In this document: positions 17,835-27,029 of the stretch, piece after piece
Layout of the letters: each line of letters starts with the position of its first letter
Position numbering within the stretch: position 1 is the first letter of the stretch
Source: an uncultured Bacteroidota bacterium
GTDB taxonomy: Bacteria; Bacteroidota; Bacteroidia; UBA4408
Direction: 5' to 3'
DNA length: 34,679 nt
NCBI GenBank assembly: GCA_903842515.1
Contig: CAIMMJ010000127.1
Span: 1-34,679, forward strand
Made by a program: the position numbers and the translations under genes
Notes under the pieces: model-generated
What the model saw: the letters and a program-made list of their open reading frames with translations, nothing else
Told to the model about the DNA's origin: nothing
Database searches by the model: none

Positions 17835-20800
17835 ATGAAAAGATCGAACTTCAAAAAGAACGAAAATGTAAATTCAATAACAAATGATACTGAATTTTAT
17901 AAATCAATCTTTGATTCATCTTTGCAAAACAAAGTAATTGTAGAAAACGGAATAATTATAGAAATAAACGACAAAGCACTAGAAAATATTTCTTCTAGTA
18001 AAGAAAACGTTATCGGAAAAAAATTAAGCCACTACTTTCCACAACTTCAGCCCGACGGTGAGCAATCTCTTGCAAAATCTCGGAGAATATTTAAACAGGT
18101 TGTGCAAAATAAAATTAATCAGTTCAGTTGGAAAGTTCTAAATCCACCCAATAAAAACTATGAAATAGAAGTAAATTTAAATTATATTAAGTACAACAAC
18201 CGTAAATTTTTTATTTATAATTTTTTCTTTGTTCAAACCAACACTAACTTCGATTTTTATTTAAACAGAATAAGAAACAGTTATAATTTTTTTATTGATT
18301 TTTTTACAGATGCAGCTATTATTCATAAAAAAGGAGTATTAATAACTTGCAATGCTGCTGCAGCACAAATTTTAGAAGCAAACACTATTCAAGAATTAAA
18401 TAATTATAATTTATTTAGTTTGTTGTTGCCCGAATACGTAAATAAGGCTGCGGAAAGGCTAGCTATTGTTGAAAAAGGAGGAAATGTAACATTTTCTGAC
18501 TATAAAATTAGAACCCTAAAAAACAATATAAAAACAGTAGAGTTAAAGTCCCTGTCAATAAATCAAATTGGAAAAGATGAAACACTTATGTTGGCCAAAG
18601 AAGTTATTGAAAACACCGACTTGCTTGAGAAAGAAATTTTTAAAAACAAAGAATTAGAAAATGTAGTAAAGCAATTAAAAGAGGTGCTTGTTCAAAAATA
18701 CGATACACAAATTGAGCTTACTAATTCTCAAAGGGTTGTTAGAAGTATTATAAACAGCTCTATTGACATTATTATTGCTTCGGATGAAAACGGTATCATA
18801 TCAGAATTTAACAATGCAGCACAAAATGTTTTTGGCTATAAAAAAGAAGAAGTAATAGGTAAATCAGTTGCTATGCTTTACGCCGGACCCGAAGAAAAAA
18901 TAAAGGTAAACAATGCACTAAACGAAACGGGTTTTTTTTCGGGAGAAATATTAAATAAAAGAAAAGATGGAGAAATTTTTACAAGTTATTTATCCCTTTC
19001 CGAAATGGTTAACGAAACAAATTCTTTTATTGGTAGAGTAGGCGTAAGCAGAGACATTACAGTTGAAAAAATTCAACAACAAAAACTTATAGATTCCGAA
19101 GAAAGATACAGAGAAATTGTTGAAAGCACCTCCGACTTAATTTTTAGTTTTACCCTCAACGGAAAATTTATTTTCTCTAATAATTCATTTTCAAATTCAT
19201 TAGGATACAGTCTTCAAGAATTAGAAAATACAACAATCAATCAAATAATACATCCGGAATCTTTAGCAACATTTAACCAAGAGATAAAAAAAATAGTGGT
19301 AAGCTCCAAGCAAATAAATTTAGAATTACCATTTGTAAAAAAGGACAGGAAATTATTAATTGCACAAGGAATTTTGAGTTGCAAAAAGAATGAAAAAAAT
19401 GATTTTGTTTTTTTAGCCAGCTTTAAAAATATATCGGAACAAAAACTAGCCGAAGAAAAAATTAAGCTAAGTGAAGAAAGATACAAAGCCGTATTTGCTC
19501 AAGAATTTTTAGGCATTGCTATATTAGATGTTTTTGGAAGAATTCAACAATTAAACAATACATTCTGCCATGTTTTAGGATATACAGAGCGTGAAATGTT
19601 GTTGATGAACATTATAGATTTAACACATCCCGAAGACAAAGAAAAAACAACAGAAATAAATAGGCTCTTTTTAAATTTAAAGCAAACAAAAATAACCGAA
19701 GAAAAAAGATTAATTCACAAGTTGGGTTCTGTTGTTTATGGCAATGAATCGTGGTCGGTTGTTAACGACAACAAAGGAAATCCCGATTATTTTATCTTGT
19801 TTTTTGAAGACATCACAGAAAAGAAAATAGCACAAAGGAAGTTTTTAGAACAATCAGCAAAATTAAAAGCTATTTTCCAAAGCACATCCCAATCAATAAT
19901 CACCGTAAATAGTAAGTATGAACTTACTTCATTCAACGATTATTTTAGCAAGGGATATAAAAACCTTTCAGGTTTGGAACCGCAAGAAAATTTAAAAATT
20001 CTTGAATTTTTACTCCTTATTCTTGGAAAAGAACAAACAAAATCTTTTAAAAATTACCACCAACGTGCTCTACTGGGTATTCCGCAGCAGTTCGAAAAAA
20101 GTGTAAGTTTACCCAATGGTCAAACAATATGGCTAGATTTTTATATCGACCCAATTATTGTGCCTGATAAACGCATAGAAGAAGCCTCTTATATTGTTCA
20201 TGATATCACAGATAAAAAACTCAATGAGGATCAAATAAAACAATCGTTGCAGGAAAAAGAAATACTACTCAAAGAAGTACACCACAGAGTAAAAAACAAC
20301 CTACAAGTTATATCAAGTATATTAAAACTTCAAAGTCATTATATAAAAGATGAAGCCGCCTTAGAAACTCTCAAGGAAATTCAAAATAGAATAAAATCTA
20401 TGGCTTTGATTCACGAAAATTTGTATCAAAACAAAGATTTGTCTCATCTTAATTTTGGCGAATACATTGCAAATCTTGTTCAAAACCTAGTATACACTTA
20501 TAATTCAAGTAAAAAAGAAATTGAAGTTTTAATGGATGTAGATGATATTTTCTTGAATTTAGATTATTCAATTCCTTGTGGTTTAATTATTAATGAATTA
20601 ATTTCCAACTCTTTAAAGCATGCATTTACGGAATCGGAAAAGGGAACTATAAAAGTTATTTTTAAAAAGCATGCCGATTTAGTACATTTGAGCATTGAAG
20701 ATGATGGAAAAGGATTTAATAAAAAAATAGATTTTAGAAATACCGATTCTCTTGGTTTGCAATTGGTGATGGCATTGGTAGATCAAATTAATGGTACAAT

Positions 20801-20864
20801 AGAACAAAAAGCACAAAAAAATAAAGGAACTATTTACACTATAGAATTTAAATACGATAAATAA
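17835..20864 (+). CDS. Cytoplasmic multi-PAS sensor histidine kinase (HisKA_2 + HATPase_c)
   Basis: About six PAS/PAC units (e.g. FNNAAQNVFGYKKEEVIGK...SRDIT; LTHPED...FEDITEKK), H-box LKEVHHRVKNNLQVISS, NELISNSLKHAF, DDGKGF, SLGLQLV; no transmembrane segment seen. Confidence 0.93.
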   Translation: MKRSNFKKNENVNSITNDTEFYKSIFDSSLQNKVIVENGIIIEINDKALENISSSKENVIGKKLSHYFPQLQPDGEQSLAKSRRIFKQVVQNKINQFSWKVLNPPNKNYEIEVNLNYIKYNNRKFFIYNFFFVQTNTNFDFYLNRIRNSYNFFIDFFTDAAIIHKKGVLITCNAAAAQILEANTIQELNNYNLFSLLLPEYVNKAAERLAIVEKGGNVTFSDYKIRTLKNNIKTVELKSLSINQIGKDETLMLAKEVIENTDLLEKEIFKNKELENVVKQLKEVLVQKYDTQIELTNSQRVVRSIINSSIDIIIASDENGIISEFNNAAQNVFGYKKEEVIGKSVAMLYAGPEEKIKVNNALNETGFFSGEILNKRKDGEIFTSYLSLSEMVNETNSFIGRVGVSRDITVEKIQQQKLIDSEERYREIVESTSDLIFSFTLNGKFIFSNNSFSNSLGYSLQELENTTINQIIHPESLATFNQEIKKIVVSSKQINLELPFVKKDRKLLIAQGILSCKKNEKNDFVFLASFKNISEQKLAEEKIKLSEERYKAVFAQEFLGIAILDVFGRIQQLNNTFCHVLGYTEREMLLMNIIDLTHPEDKEKTTEINRLFLNLKQTKITEEKRLIHKLGSVVYGNESWSVVNDNKGNPDYFILFFEDITEKKIAQRKFLEQSAKLKAIFQSTSQSIITVNSKYELTSFNDYFSKGYKNLSGLEPQENLKILEFLLLILGKEQTKSFKNYHQRALLGIPQQFEKSVSLPNGQTIWLDFYIDPIIVPDKRIEEASYIVHDITDKKLNEDQIKQSLQEKEILLKEVHHRVKNNLQVISSILKLQSHYIKDEAALETLKEIQNRIKSMALIHENLYQNKDLSHLNFGEYIANLVQNLVYTYNSSKKEIEVLMDVDDIFLNLDYSIPCGLIINELISNSLKHAFTESEKGTIKVIFKKHADLVHLSIEDDGKGFNKKIDFRNTDSLGLQLVMALVDQINGTIEQKAQKNKGTIYTIEFKYDK

Positions 20865-20869
20865 AAGTT

Positions 20870-21622
20870 ATGTCAAAATTTAATATAATGGTAGTTGAAG
20901 ACGAAAGCATAGTTGCTAAAGATATTCAACAGAGTTTAAAAAAATTAGGCTACAATGTAGTAGATGTTTGTTCTACAGCCGAAGCAGCTATTGTATCGGC
21001 AAAAGAAAAAAAGCCCGATTTAATTTTAATGGACATCATGCTAAAAGGAGAAAAAAGTGGAATTGATGCAGCAGAAGAAATTAAAAGCATAATAAGCGTG
21101 CCAATAGTTTTTTTAACTGCCTATGCAGATGAAAGTACTTTGAACAAGGCAAAAATTACAGAACCTTACGGTTATATTATTAAACCATTTAAAGAAATAG
21201 AATTGCATACTACAATAGAAATGGCAATCTATAAACACAATAAAGTAAGCGAGGTAAAAAAAGAAAGAGATTTGTTTTTTTCAATGATAGAAAATCAATC
21301 AACCAACGATATGATTTTTATCAAATCTAACTCCAAGTTCATCAAATTAAAAACAGACGAAATTTGTTATGTTGAGGCATTGAAAGATTACGTTACAGTA
21401 AATACTCCCACCGCAAAATATACTATTCACACCACTATGAAAGACATAGAAAATAAGTTGCCTTCTAATCAATTTATTAGAGCTCACCGTTCTTTTATTG
21501 TTCGCATGGATAAAATTAAAGCAATAGACAACCCTAGTTTAATTATGGAGCCCGACAATAAAATTATTCCTATTGGTGGTTCTTACAAAGATACTTTGTT
21601 GCAAAAACTTAATATGCTTTAG
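20870..21622 (+). CDS. Response regulator, REC + LytTR DNA-binding domain
   Basis: VVEDE, LMDI (phospho-Asp), FLTA, KPF; C-terminal ICYVEALKDYV...FIRAHRSFIV...IPIGGSYK LytTR motifs. Confidence 0.93.
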   Translation: MSKFNIMVVEDESIVAKDIQQSLKKLGYNVVDVCSTAEAAIVSAKEKKPDLILMDIMLKGEKSGIDAAEEIKSIISVPIVFLTAYADESTLNKAKITEPYGYIIKPFKEIELHTTIEMAIYKHNKVSEVKKERDLFFSMIENQSTNDMIFIKSNSKFIKLKTDEICYVEALKDYVTVNTPTAKYTIHTTMKDIENKLPSNQFIRAHRSFIVRMDKIKAIDNPSLIMEPDNKIIPIGGSYKDTLLQKLNML

Positions 21623-21629
21623 AGATTTT

Positions 21630-22664
21630 TTAAAGAAAGTATTCCTTTTTTAATCCCAACCAATCTAAGGCAGATTTATGCAATAAATTTTCCTTAATTT
21701 CATTACTCAATCTCATTTTATTAATCAATTTACCCGGTATATTTTCTCCTAATGGAAAAGGGTAATCACTTCCTAATGCTATTTTTTCTTCTCCAATTAA
21801 TTCAATTAAGTTTTTTAAAGTAAACTCATCGTGCACCAAACTATCTAGCCAAAATTTTCCCAAATAATTCCTAGGATTTATTGGGTTGTCCACAGCCACT
21901 AAATCTGGTCGGCAATTATAGCCATGTTCTATTCTGCCTATGGTAGATGGAAATGAACCGCCCCCGTGTGCAAATGCCACTTTTAAATGAGGTAGTTTTT
22001 CAAATACTCCACCAAAAATCATAGAACAAATGGCCAATGATGTTTCTGCCGGCATACCCACTAACCAAGGCAACCAATATTTCTGCATTTTTTCTTGTCC
22101 CATCATTTCCCACGGGTGAACAAAAACACTCATCTCCAGATCTTGACAAGCGGTAAAAAAATCAAATAAATGTTCATCGTTCAGGTTCCAATCGTTAACA
22201 TGGCTTCCTATTTGAACTCCTCTCATTCCTATTTTTTTACACCTTTCCAATTCCTGAATGGCTAACCTAGGAGCCTGCAAGGGAACTGTTCCCAACCCAA
22301 CAAAATATTTAGGGTTGTTGGTACATATTTCTGCAATGTGGTCGTTTAAAAATTTGCTCCATTCTAAGCCATCGTTTGCTTGTGCCCAATAGGCAAACAT
22401 TACAGGAATTGTAGAAAGAACTTGAACATCTACTCCAAAGTTTTTACATTCCTCTAAACGTTTTTTGCTGCTCCAACAATTCTCTTCAATTTCTCTAAAA
22501 AATTTGCCATCTATCATCATTTTTGCACAACAACTCCCGTCGGGCTTGTGAATTTTTTTATCCAGCGATACAAATCCACCATACCCAAATTTATTGGCAA
22601 AGTCTGGAATCACCTCAGGTAGAATGTGAGTGTGAATATCTATCGTAAAAATATGATTTTCCAT
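21630..22664 (-). CDS. nbaD: 2-amino-3-carboxymuconate-6-semialdehyde decarboxylase (ACMSD), amidohydrolase family
   Basis: IDIHTHILP, VQVLSTIPVMFAYWA, FVHPWEMMG, WLVGMPAETSLAICSMIFGGVFEK, FAHGGGSFP, LGSDYPFPLGE, closely matching ACMSD. Confidence 0.85.
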   Translation of the reverse strand: MENHIFTIDIHTHILPEVIPDFANKFGYGGFVSLDKKIHKPDGSCCAKMMIDGKFFREIEENCWSSKKRLEECKNFGVDVQVLSTIPVMFAYWAQANDGLEWSKFLNDHIAEICTNNPKYFVGLGTVPLQAPRLAIQELERCKKIGMRGVQIGSHVNDWNLNDEHLFDFFTACQDLEMSVFVHPWEMMGQEKMQKYWLPWLVGMPAETSLAICSMIFGGVFEKLPHLKVAFAHGGGSFPSTIGRIEHGYNCRPDLVAVDNPINPRNYLGKFWLDSLVHDEFTLKNLIELIGEEKIALGSDYPFPLGENIPGKLINKMRLSNEIKENLLHKSALDWLGLKKEYFL

Positions 22665-22666
22665 GC

Positions 22667-23554
22667 TTAAATTTTCTTTAGGATATAAATTTGGCTCGAA
22701 TAAGAATTGTTTCCTTTTGATGCAGCCTTAATGTTAGAAATTAAACCTATCCAAAATGCTTTTACTATACCGCCAGCTTTATATTTTTCGCTGAGCATAC
22801 TTACATAAAAAGAATCAAAAACCATGGGTAAGGTTCTCTCTACTTCTAATCCGTGCTTCTTTGCCAAATTTTCTATGTCTGTTGGCCTAAAATGATAAAG
22901 ATGACGTGGTACATCCAAGGCTGCCCAAAACTTGTTGTAATGCTTAAAATCATAGCTTGTGATATTAGGTACAGCAATCAATAATTTTCCTTTAGGGTGC
23001 AGTGCAGCAATTAATTTTTCTAAAGAAGAATTTAATTCATGAATGTGTTCTACTACATGCCAACAAGTAACAACATCGTAGTTGTTGGATAATGAGTTTA
23101 GTTTGCTTAAATCTGCTATTCTCTCCTCTCCTATTTTGCTTTGTGCTAATTTTCTGGCACCTTCATCCGGTTCCAGGCCATTTACCTCCCATTTTACGTC
23201 GTGCAGAATTTTAATAAAGTCTCCTGTTCCGCAGCCGTAGTCCAGTATTTTTCCTGTTTTTTTTCCACTTATTTGAACAACTAAATTTAGTTTTTTCCAC
23301 AGTGTATATTTTTTTACTAATTGATATATACTATTAATAAAGCCCTTGTTTGAATCGTTGTGCGAAACATAGTCCTCTGATTGGTAGTATTTTCCTATTT
23401 CTGTTGCGCCTGGTCTAGGAGTAGTAAATTTAAATCCACAAGATTCACATTCTACAATGGTAAAATCTTCTTTTGATACCGAGTGATCTTTGACTTTTAT
23501 AAATTGTTTGAGTTTATTACTCTCACAAATAGGGCAGTTGGATAGGTTTTGCAT
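22667..23554 (-). CDS. Class I SAM-dependent methyltransferase with N-terminal Zn-ribbon
   Basis: CPIC...CESCG, ILDYGCGTG, WHVVEH, IAVPN, DVPRHLYHF. Confidence 0.9.
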   Translation of the reverse strand: MQNLSNCPICESNKLKQFIKVKDHSVSKEDFTIVECESCGFKFTTPRPGATEIGKYYQSEDYVSHNDSNKGFINSIYQLVKKYTLWKKLNLVVQISGKKTGKILDYGCGTGDFIKILHDVKWEVNGLEPDEGARKLAQSKIGEERIADLSKLNSLSNNYDVVTCWHVVEHIHELNSSLEKLIAALHPKGKLLIAVPNITSYDFKHYNKFWAALDVPRHLYHFRPTDIENLAKKHGLEVERTLPMVFDSFYVSMLSEKYKAGGIVKAFWIGLISNIKAASKGNNSYSSQIYILKKI

Positions 23555-23663
23555 ACGACTGCAAAATAAATTAAAATCTTTCTGTTTTTAACGTTATTAA
23601 TTTTTTTCGTCTTACAAATTAGATTTTTCACTTAAAACCCTCGATATTTGCACTTTATATAAA

Positions 23664-25520
23664 ATGAAAAATTCTTACGATGTAATTGTAGTTGGTGCAG
23701 GCCATGCTGGTTGTGAATCTGCTGCTGCTGCTGCCAATATGGGCAGTAAGGTTTTGCTCATTACCATGAACATGCAAACTATTGCTCAAATGAGTTGCAA
23801 TCCTGCTATGGGTGGCATTGCCAAAGGACAAATTGTTAGGGAGATTGATGCATTAGGAGGATACTCTGGTATTGTTTCTGATAGCAGTGCAATTCAATTT
23901 AGAATGCTTAATTTATCAAAAGGTCCTGCCATGTGGAGCCCAAGATGCCAAAGCGATAGAATGAGATTTGCCGAGCAGTGGCGTTTGATGCTAGAGAATA
24001 CTCCAAATGTAGATTTTTGGCAAGACATGGTAAGTGAAATTATTGTTGAAAATGATAAAGCAGTGGGTGTAAAAACAAGTCTTGGAATAGAGTTCCATTC
24101 CAAAGCAGTTGTGCTCACAAACGGTACATTTTTAAACGGGGTTATTCACATCGGCGAAAAACAATTAGGCGGAGGTAGAAGTGGAGAAAAGGCAAGTAAA
24201 GGCATTACTGAACAACTAATTTCACTTGGTTTTGATTCTGGTAGGATGAAAACCGGCACCCCGCCAAGAATAGACGGAAGAAGTCTTGACTATTCCTTTA
24301 TGGAAGAACAGGCAGGAGATGAACATCCGGGTAAATTTAGTTTTACGGATACAAAACCATTAACTAAACAATTGTCCTGTTGGATTACTTATACAAACGA
24401 TGAGGTACACGATATTTTAAAAACAGGATTCGATCAATCGCCCATGTATCAAGGCAGAATTCAGGGATTAGGTCCAAGATATTGTCCATCTATAGAAGAT
24501 AAAATTACTCGCTTTGCAGAACGTAACCGTCATCAATTATTTATTGAGCCTGAGGGATGGAACACTGTAGAGATTTACTTAAACGGATTTAGTACTTCAT
24601 TGCCTATGGAGGTACAGCAAAAAGCTCTGGAAAAAATACCTGGGTTCAAGAATGCTAAAATGTTTAGACCTGGTTATGCTATAGAATACGATTACTTCCC
24701 TCCTACTCAGTTAGACTTAACACTTCAAACAAATAAAATTGAAAACCTATATTTTGCAGGTCAAATAAATGGTACAACAGGTTATGAAGAAGCAGCTTGC
24801 CAAGGATTTATGGCAGGAATTAATTCTCACCTCAAAATAAATAGTCTTCCACCTTTTATTTTATCAAGAAGCGATGCATACATAGGGGTATTAATAGACG
24901 ATTTGGTTACCAAGGGTACTGATGAACCTTACAGAATGTTTACCTCTAGGGCGGAATATAGGATTCTGCTTAGGCAAGACAACGCAGATATCCGGCTTAC
25001 CCAAAAAGGGTTTGATTTGGGATTAATTTCAAATGAAAGATACACTGCTTTTCAAGAAAAGCTTGCAAATATCACAACTATTGTAAAAGCAATTAAGGAA
25101 ACAAGCGTTTCTCCAGAAGAGATGAACACTAATCTGGAAAGTGTAGGTAGTGCTCCTATTGTTCAAAAGGTAAAAGCAGCGAGTGTTTTAAGCAGGCCCA
25201 ATGTTAGCCTTAAAGAGTTTGCCAATGCAGATGTTTATGCTTCAATAAATGTTTTTTCTATAGAAGAACAAGAACAAGCCGAAATAGATATAAAATACAG
25301 CAGTTATATACAAAAGGAACAAGACGCTGCTATAAAGCAGAGTCAAACAGAGAACATTAAAATTAGATCAGATATAGATTTTAAAAACATTGTTTCACTA
25401 AGTTCAGAAGCCAAGGATAAATTTAGTAAAATTAAACCTCAAACAATTGGCCAAGCTGCACGTATTTCCGGTATTTCACCAGCAGACATTTCTGTTTTGA
25501 TGATTCATTTAGGTAGGTAA
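23664..25520 (+). CDS. mnmG: tRNA uridine-5-carboxymethylaminomethyl modification enzyme MnmG/GidA
   Basis: VVGAGHAGCE, MSCNPAMGG, KTGTPPR, GPRYCPSIEDK, FAGQINGTTGYEEAA, EPYRMFTSRAEYR. Confidence 0.98.
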   Translation: MKNSYDVIVVGAGHAGCESAAAAANMGSKVLLITMNMQTIAQMSCNPAMGGIAKGQIVREIDALGGYSGIVSDSSAIQFRMLNLSKGPAMWSPRCQSDRMRFAEQWRLMLENTPNVDFWQDMVSEIIVENDKAVGVKTSLGIEFHSKAVVLTNGTFLNGVIHIGEKQLGGGRSGEKASKGITEQLISLGFDSGRMKTGTPPRIDGRSLDYSFMEEQAGDEHPGKFSFTDTKPLTKQLSCWITYTNDEVHDILKTGFDQSPMYQGRIQGLGPRYCPSIEDKITRFAERNRHQLFIEPEGWNTVEIYLNGFSTSLPMEVQQKALEKIPGFKNAKMFRPGYAIEYDYFPPTQLDLTLQTNKIENLYFAGQINGTTGYEEAACQGFMAGINSHLKINSLPPFILSRSDAYIGVLIDDLVTKGTDEPYRMFTSRAEYRILLRQDNADIRLTQKGFDLGLISNERYTAFQEKLANITTIVKAIKETSVSPEEMNTNLESVGSAPIVQKVKAASVLSRPNVSLKEFANADVYASINVFSIEEQEQAEIDIKYSSYIQKEQDAAIKQSQTENIKIRSDIDFKNIVSLSSEAKDKFSKIKPQTIGQAARISGISPADISVLMIHLGR

Positions 25521-26117
25521 AAAACTTATCCTTTTTTCATGGTATATTATCATGTTTGGTATTACGATATGCAATACCTATACCCATTATCTCAATAAAT
25601 TACATTATAGTTTTGCTCATTTCCATTTGCCCTTAGCTGACCATTTTCTTCGTTGTAGCAAATAGTAAGTGTTTAATAGATTTTATTTATTACTCTATTT
25701 GAAATTACACAGTTTTTCTGATCGCAGGGGTATGCCTGTATTTAACCCTTCTTGCGAATAATTTGTACTGCATAATCTTCTTCCTTTTTTTGCTTCTTTA
25801 GGGCATGGATGCAATTACAGTGTGGTTAAGAACCTTGAAAATATTTACTCTTATTTTCGTTGTATAATTCTAATATACTTTTAGTAATTCTTGTATGGTA
25901 TTAGATTCCTTAAATCTATATATCACGCTTGCTTGTTGGCCAAAACAAACTAGTTAAATTGATAATTATAAATCATATAAATTTACCAACTATTATCTAG
26001 GCATAAACAGAAAGTATAATACGATGTTTTTTAAACATTATTTGAGTATATTTGTCACTCATTTTATATGAAAAACATTCACTTTTTTATTAAATAAACA
26101 TTAAGAACAATTGTTTA

Positions 26118-26133
26118 TGTTTCACGTGGAACA
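26118..26133. promoter_or_regulatory. parS site (ParB loading site) 1
   Basis: TGTTTCACGTGGAACA; its reverse complement TGTTCCACGTGAAACA matches the canonical parS consensus TGTTNCACGTGAAACA exactly. Confidence 0.92.
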
Positions 26134-26242
26134 TTTTTTGTTTTTAAAGAACATTATTGTTTTTTTATTCATATAAATTATATAAGTTATTGAAAATAAG
26201 ACAAATAAAGATTTAAATTTAAGAATTTCAAATTTTTTTATT

Positions 26243-26258
26243 TGTTTCACGTGGAACA
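26243..26258. promoter_or_regulatory. parS site 2
   Basis: Identical 16-mer TGTTTCACGTGGAACA, 125 bp from the first copy. Confidence 0.92.
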
Positions 26259-26828
26259 AAATGTTTTAACTTGTTTTTTCAAGAAAAAACCGTTTAAAGG
26301 CCCAATAAAACATGTTTTTTTAAATAAATATTCCAAACCTGACAATTTATTTAGGGTTTAACATAAAGTTTTAGTATCAAGAAAACAAACAAAAAACTAA
26401 TAACAATACGCCAATATTGTGTTTTAAGGTAAAATAAATATTTAAAATAAATAATTGTATTTTTTAAGTTTCAGTGCTCATAAACAAATTCTTCCCAAAT
26501 TTTATTTTGATAAATTCTGGCTCCTGATTTTTAAATGCGATACTGCCAAGTAGAACAATAAAAATTAATTAGTGGAAGTTAATTTTCCCAACTCTCCGCA
26601 GCCAAGAAATGTTGTTAGGGTGTTTGTATGACTACGAAATAGTGGCAGAAGCTTTGCAACTGAACTTCGGCGAATCATTGGCGATAAATTCATATTAAAA
26701 ACCAAGTTGCATTCTGCTTCAGCGTATTTTTTATTGATAGGCTACAATGTACTTTAGAATCAGAGGAAGAAGAAAATGGGTGATTTGATAAATGTTTTAT
26801 CTAGTTCAATAATAGCAGTTGTATCATG

Positions 26829-26975
26829 CCGCCGCGGCGGAGTTCACAAAAAATGCACAAAGTTCCCCAAAGAAGTAGTTGTGTTGGGATTGGCGAAGGA
26901 GTGATGATGTTTGATGGAATTAGTTCTATTACTATTCCTTGATAGCGTTCACAAAGAAGGCCAAAGAATTACAAA
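26829..26975. repeat. GC palindrome with degenerate CACAAAG-type repeats (REP-like remnant)
   Basis: Perfect palindrome CCGCCGCGGCGG (26829-26840), then GTTCACAAAAAATGCACAAAGTTCCCCAAAG, and a related GTTCACAAAGAAGGCCAAAGAATTACAAA at 26947. Confidence 0.4.
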
Positions 26976-27029
26976 TAAGGAAATGGTGGAAGAATAAATA
27001 TAGGCTTATTGATTTGGAGTAGGAAAACC

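Noticed and set aside
25563-25671. Possible decayed MORN-repeat gene on the minus strand (…CYNEENGQLRANGN…Y*DNG…)
   Set aside because: Only about one repeat of weak similarity between stop codons; not distinguishable from chance without a search.
26118-26258. CRISPR mini-array from the two identical 16-mers
   Set aside because: Only two copies, repeat too short, 109-bp spacer, no cas genes; fully explained as parS.
25521-27029. oriC located directly downstream of mnmG
   Set aside because: AT-rich and parS-bearing, but I found no perfect DnaA box and few near-matches. It is ranked below the nadA-upstream region, though not excluded.
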